Positions 32,786-32,818 of a stretch of 32,818 bases of DNA are shown here, piece after piece. The translations under genes were made by a program, and so were the position numbers. The notes beneath the pieces were generated by a model that saw only the letters and a list, made by a program, of their open reading frames with translations, had not been told where the DNA came from and searched no databases. The DNA lies in contig CAYINJ010000005.1 of assembly GCA_964364745.1 (NCBI GenBank), forward strand, positions 1 to 32,818. The letters are read 5' to 3'. Within the stretch, counting starts at the first letter, position 1. Every line of letters begins with the position of its first letter. This DNA comes from an uncultured Gammaproteobacteria bacterium (lineage in GTDB: Bacteria > Patescibacteriota > Patescibacteriia > JACRDY01).

Positions 32786-32818
32786 ATACTGAATCTTTCT
32801 AATAATCAAATCTCTCTC

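Noticed and set aside
1058-32792. Numerous 60-256 aa antisense or alternate-frame ORFs (e.g. 7084-7752, 7179-7949, 16366-16878, 18665-19174, 26990-27652)
   Set aside because: They lie over well-supported genes, show no recognisable motifs, and are expected shadows in GC-rich coding DNA.
1-32818. Alternative genetic code (UGA=Gly, as in Gracilibacteria/Absconditabacteria), CRISPR arrays, rRNA or tRNA genes
   Set aside because: Long genes are intact under code 11 and the 188-aa ORF ends in TGA before a terminator; I saw no spaced repeat array or cloverleaf.

Overview
This is a chromosomal core-gene region, mostly on the minus strand, using genetic code 11. It is most likely from a Patescibacteria (CPR) genome, probably Parcubacteria/ABY1-like. 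That assignment is inferred from the VirB2/TrbC-like pilin fusions, the FtsZ N-terminus, the truncated Rel and the scarcity of Shine-Dalgarno (SD) sites. Housekeeping genes: ftsZ, ftsA, ybeY, yqeY, rpsU, HIT, hisS, lepB, an LCP protein, der, rel, topA, a CapA-family protein, dprA and pth. The main candidate new system is a 14.6 kb, tightly coupled five-gene cell-surface cassette (3948-18561) between yqeY and ybeY-ftsA-ftsZ. It encodes two proteins (678 and 3452 aa) that begin with a VirB2/TrbC-like pilin hairpin fused to Ig-like/Cys-rich ectodomains, plus three paralogous single-pass proteins carrying a Ca-binding TSP3-like module. The giant protein also appears to contain a GspG/type IV pilin-like head, a PsbP-like domain and an internal signal-peptidase-like motif. 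Other signals are a possible orphan DGR (diversity-generating retroelement) target gene, a convergent sRNA pair with an anti-SD loop between rel and topA, a self-contained 56-aa basic small-protein gene, several near-leaderless promoters, a structured SD-led rpsU leader and a collapsed REP-like palindrome. All domain calls are by eye from motifs; no database searches were run.
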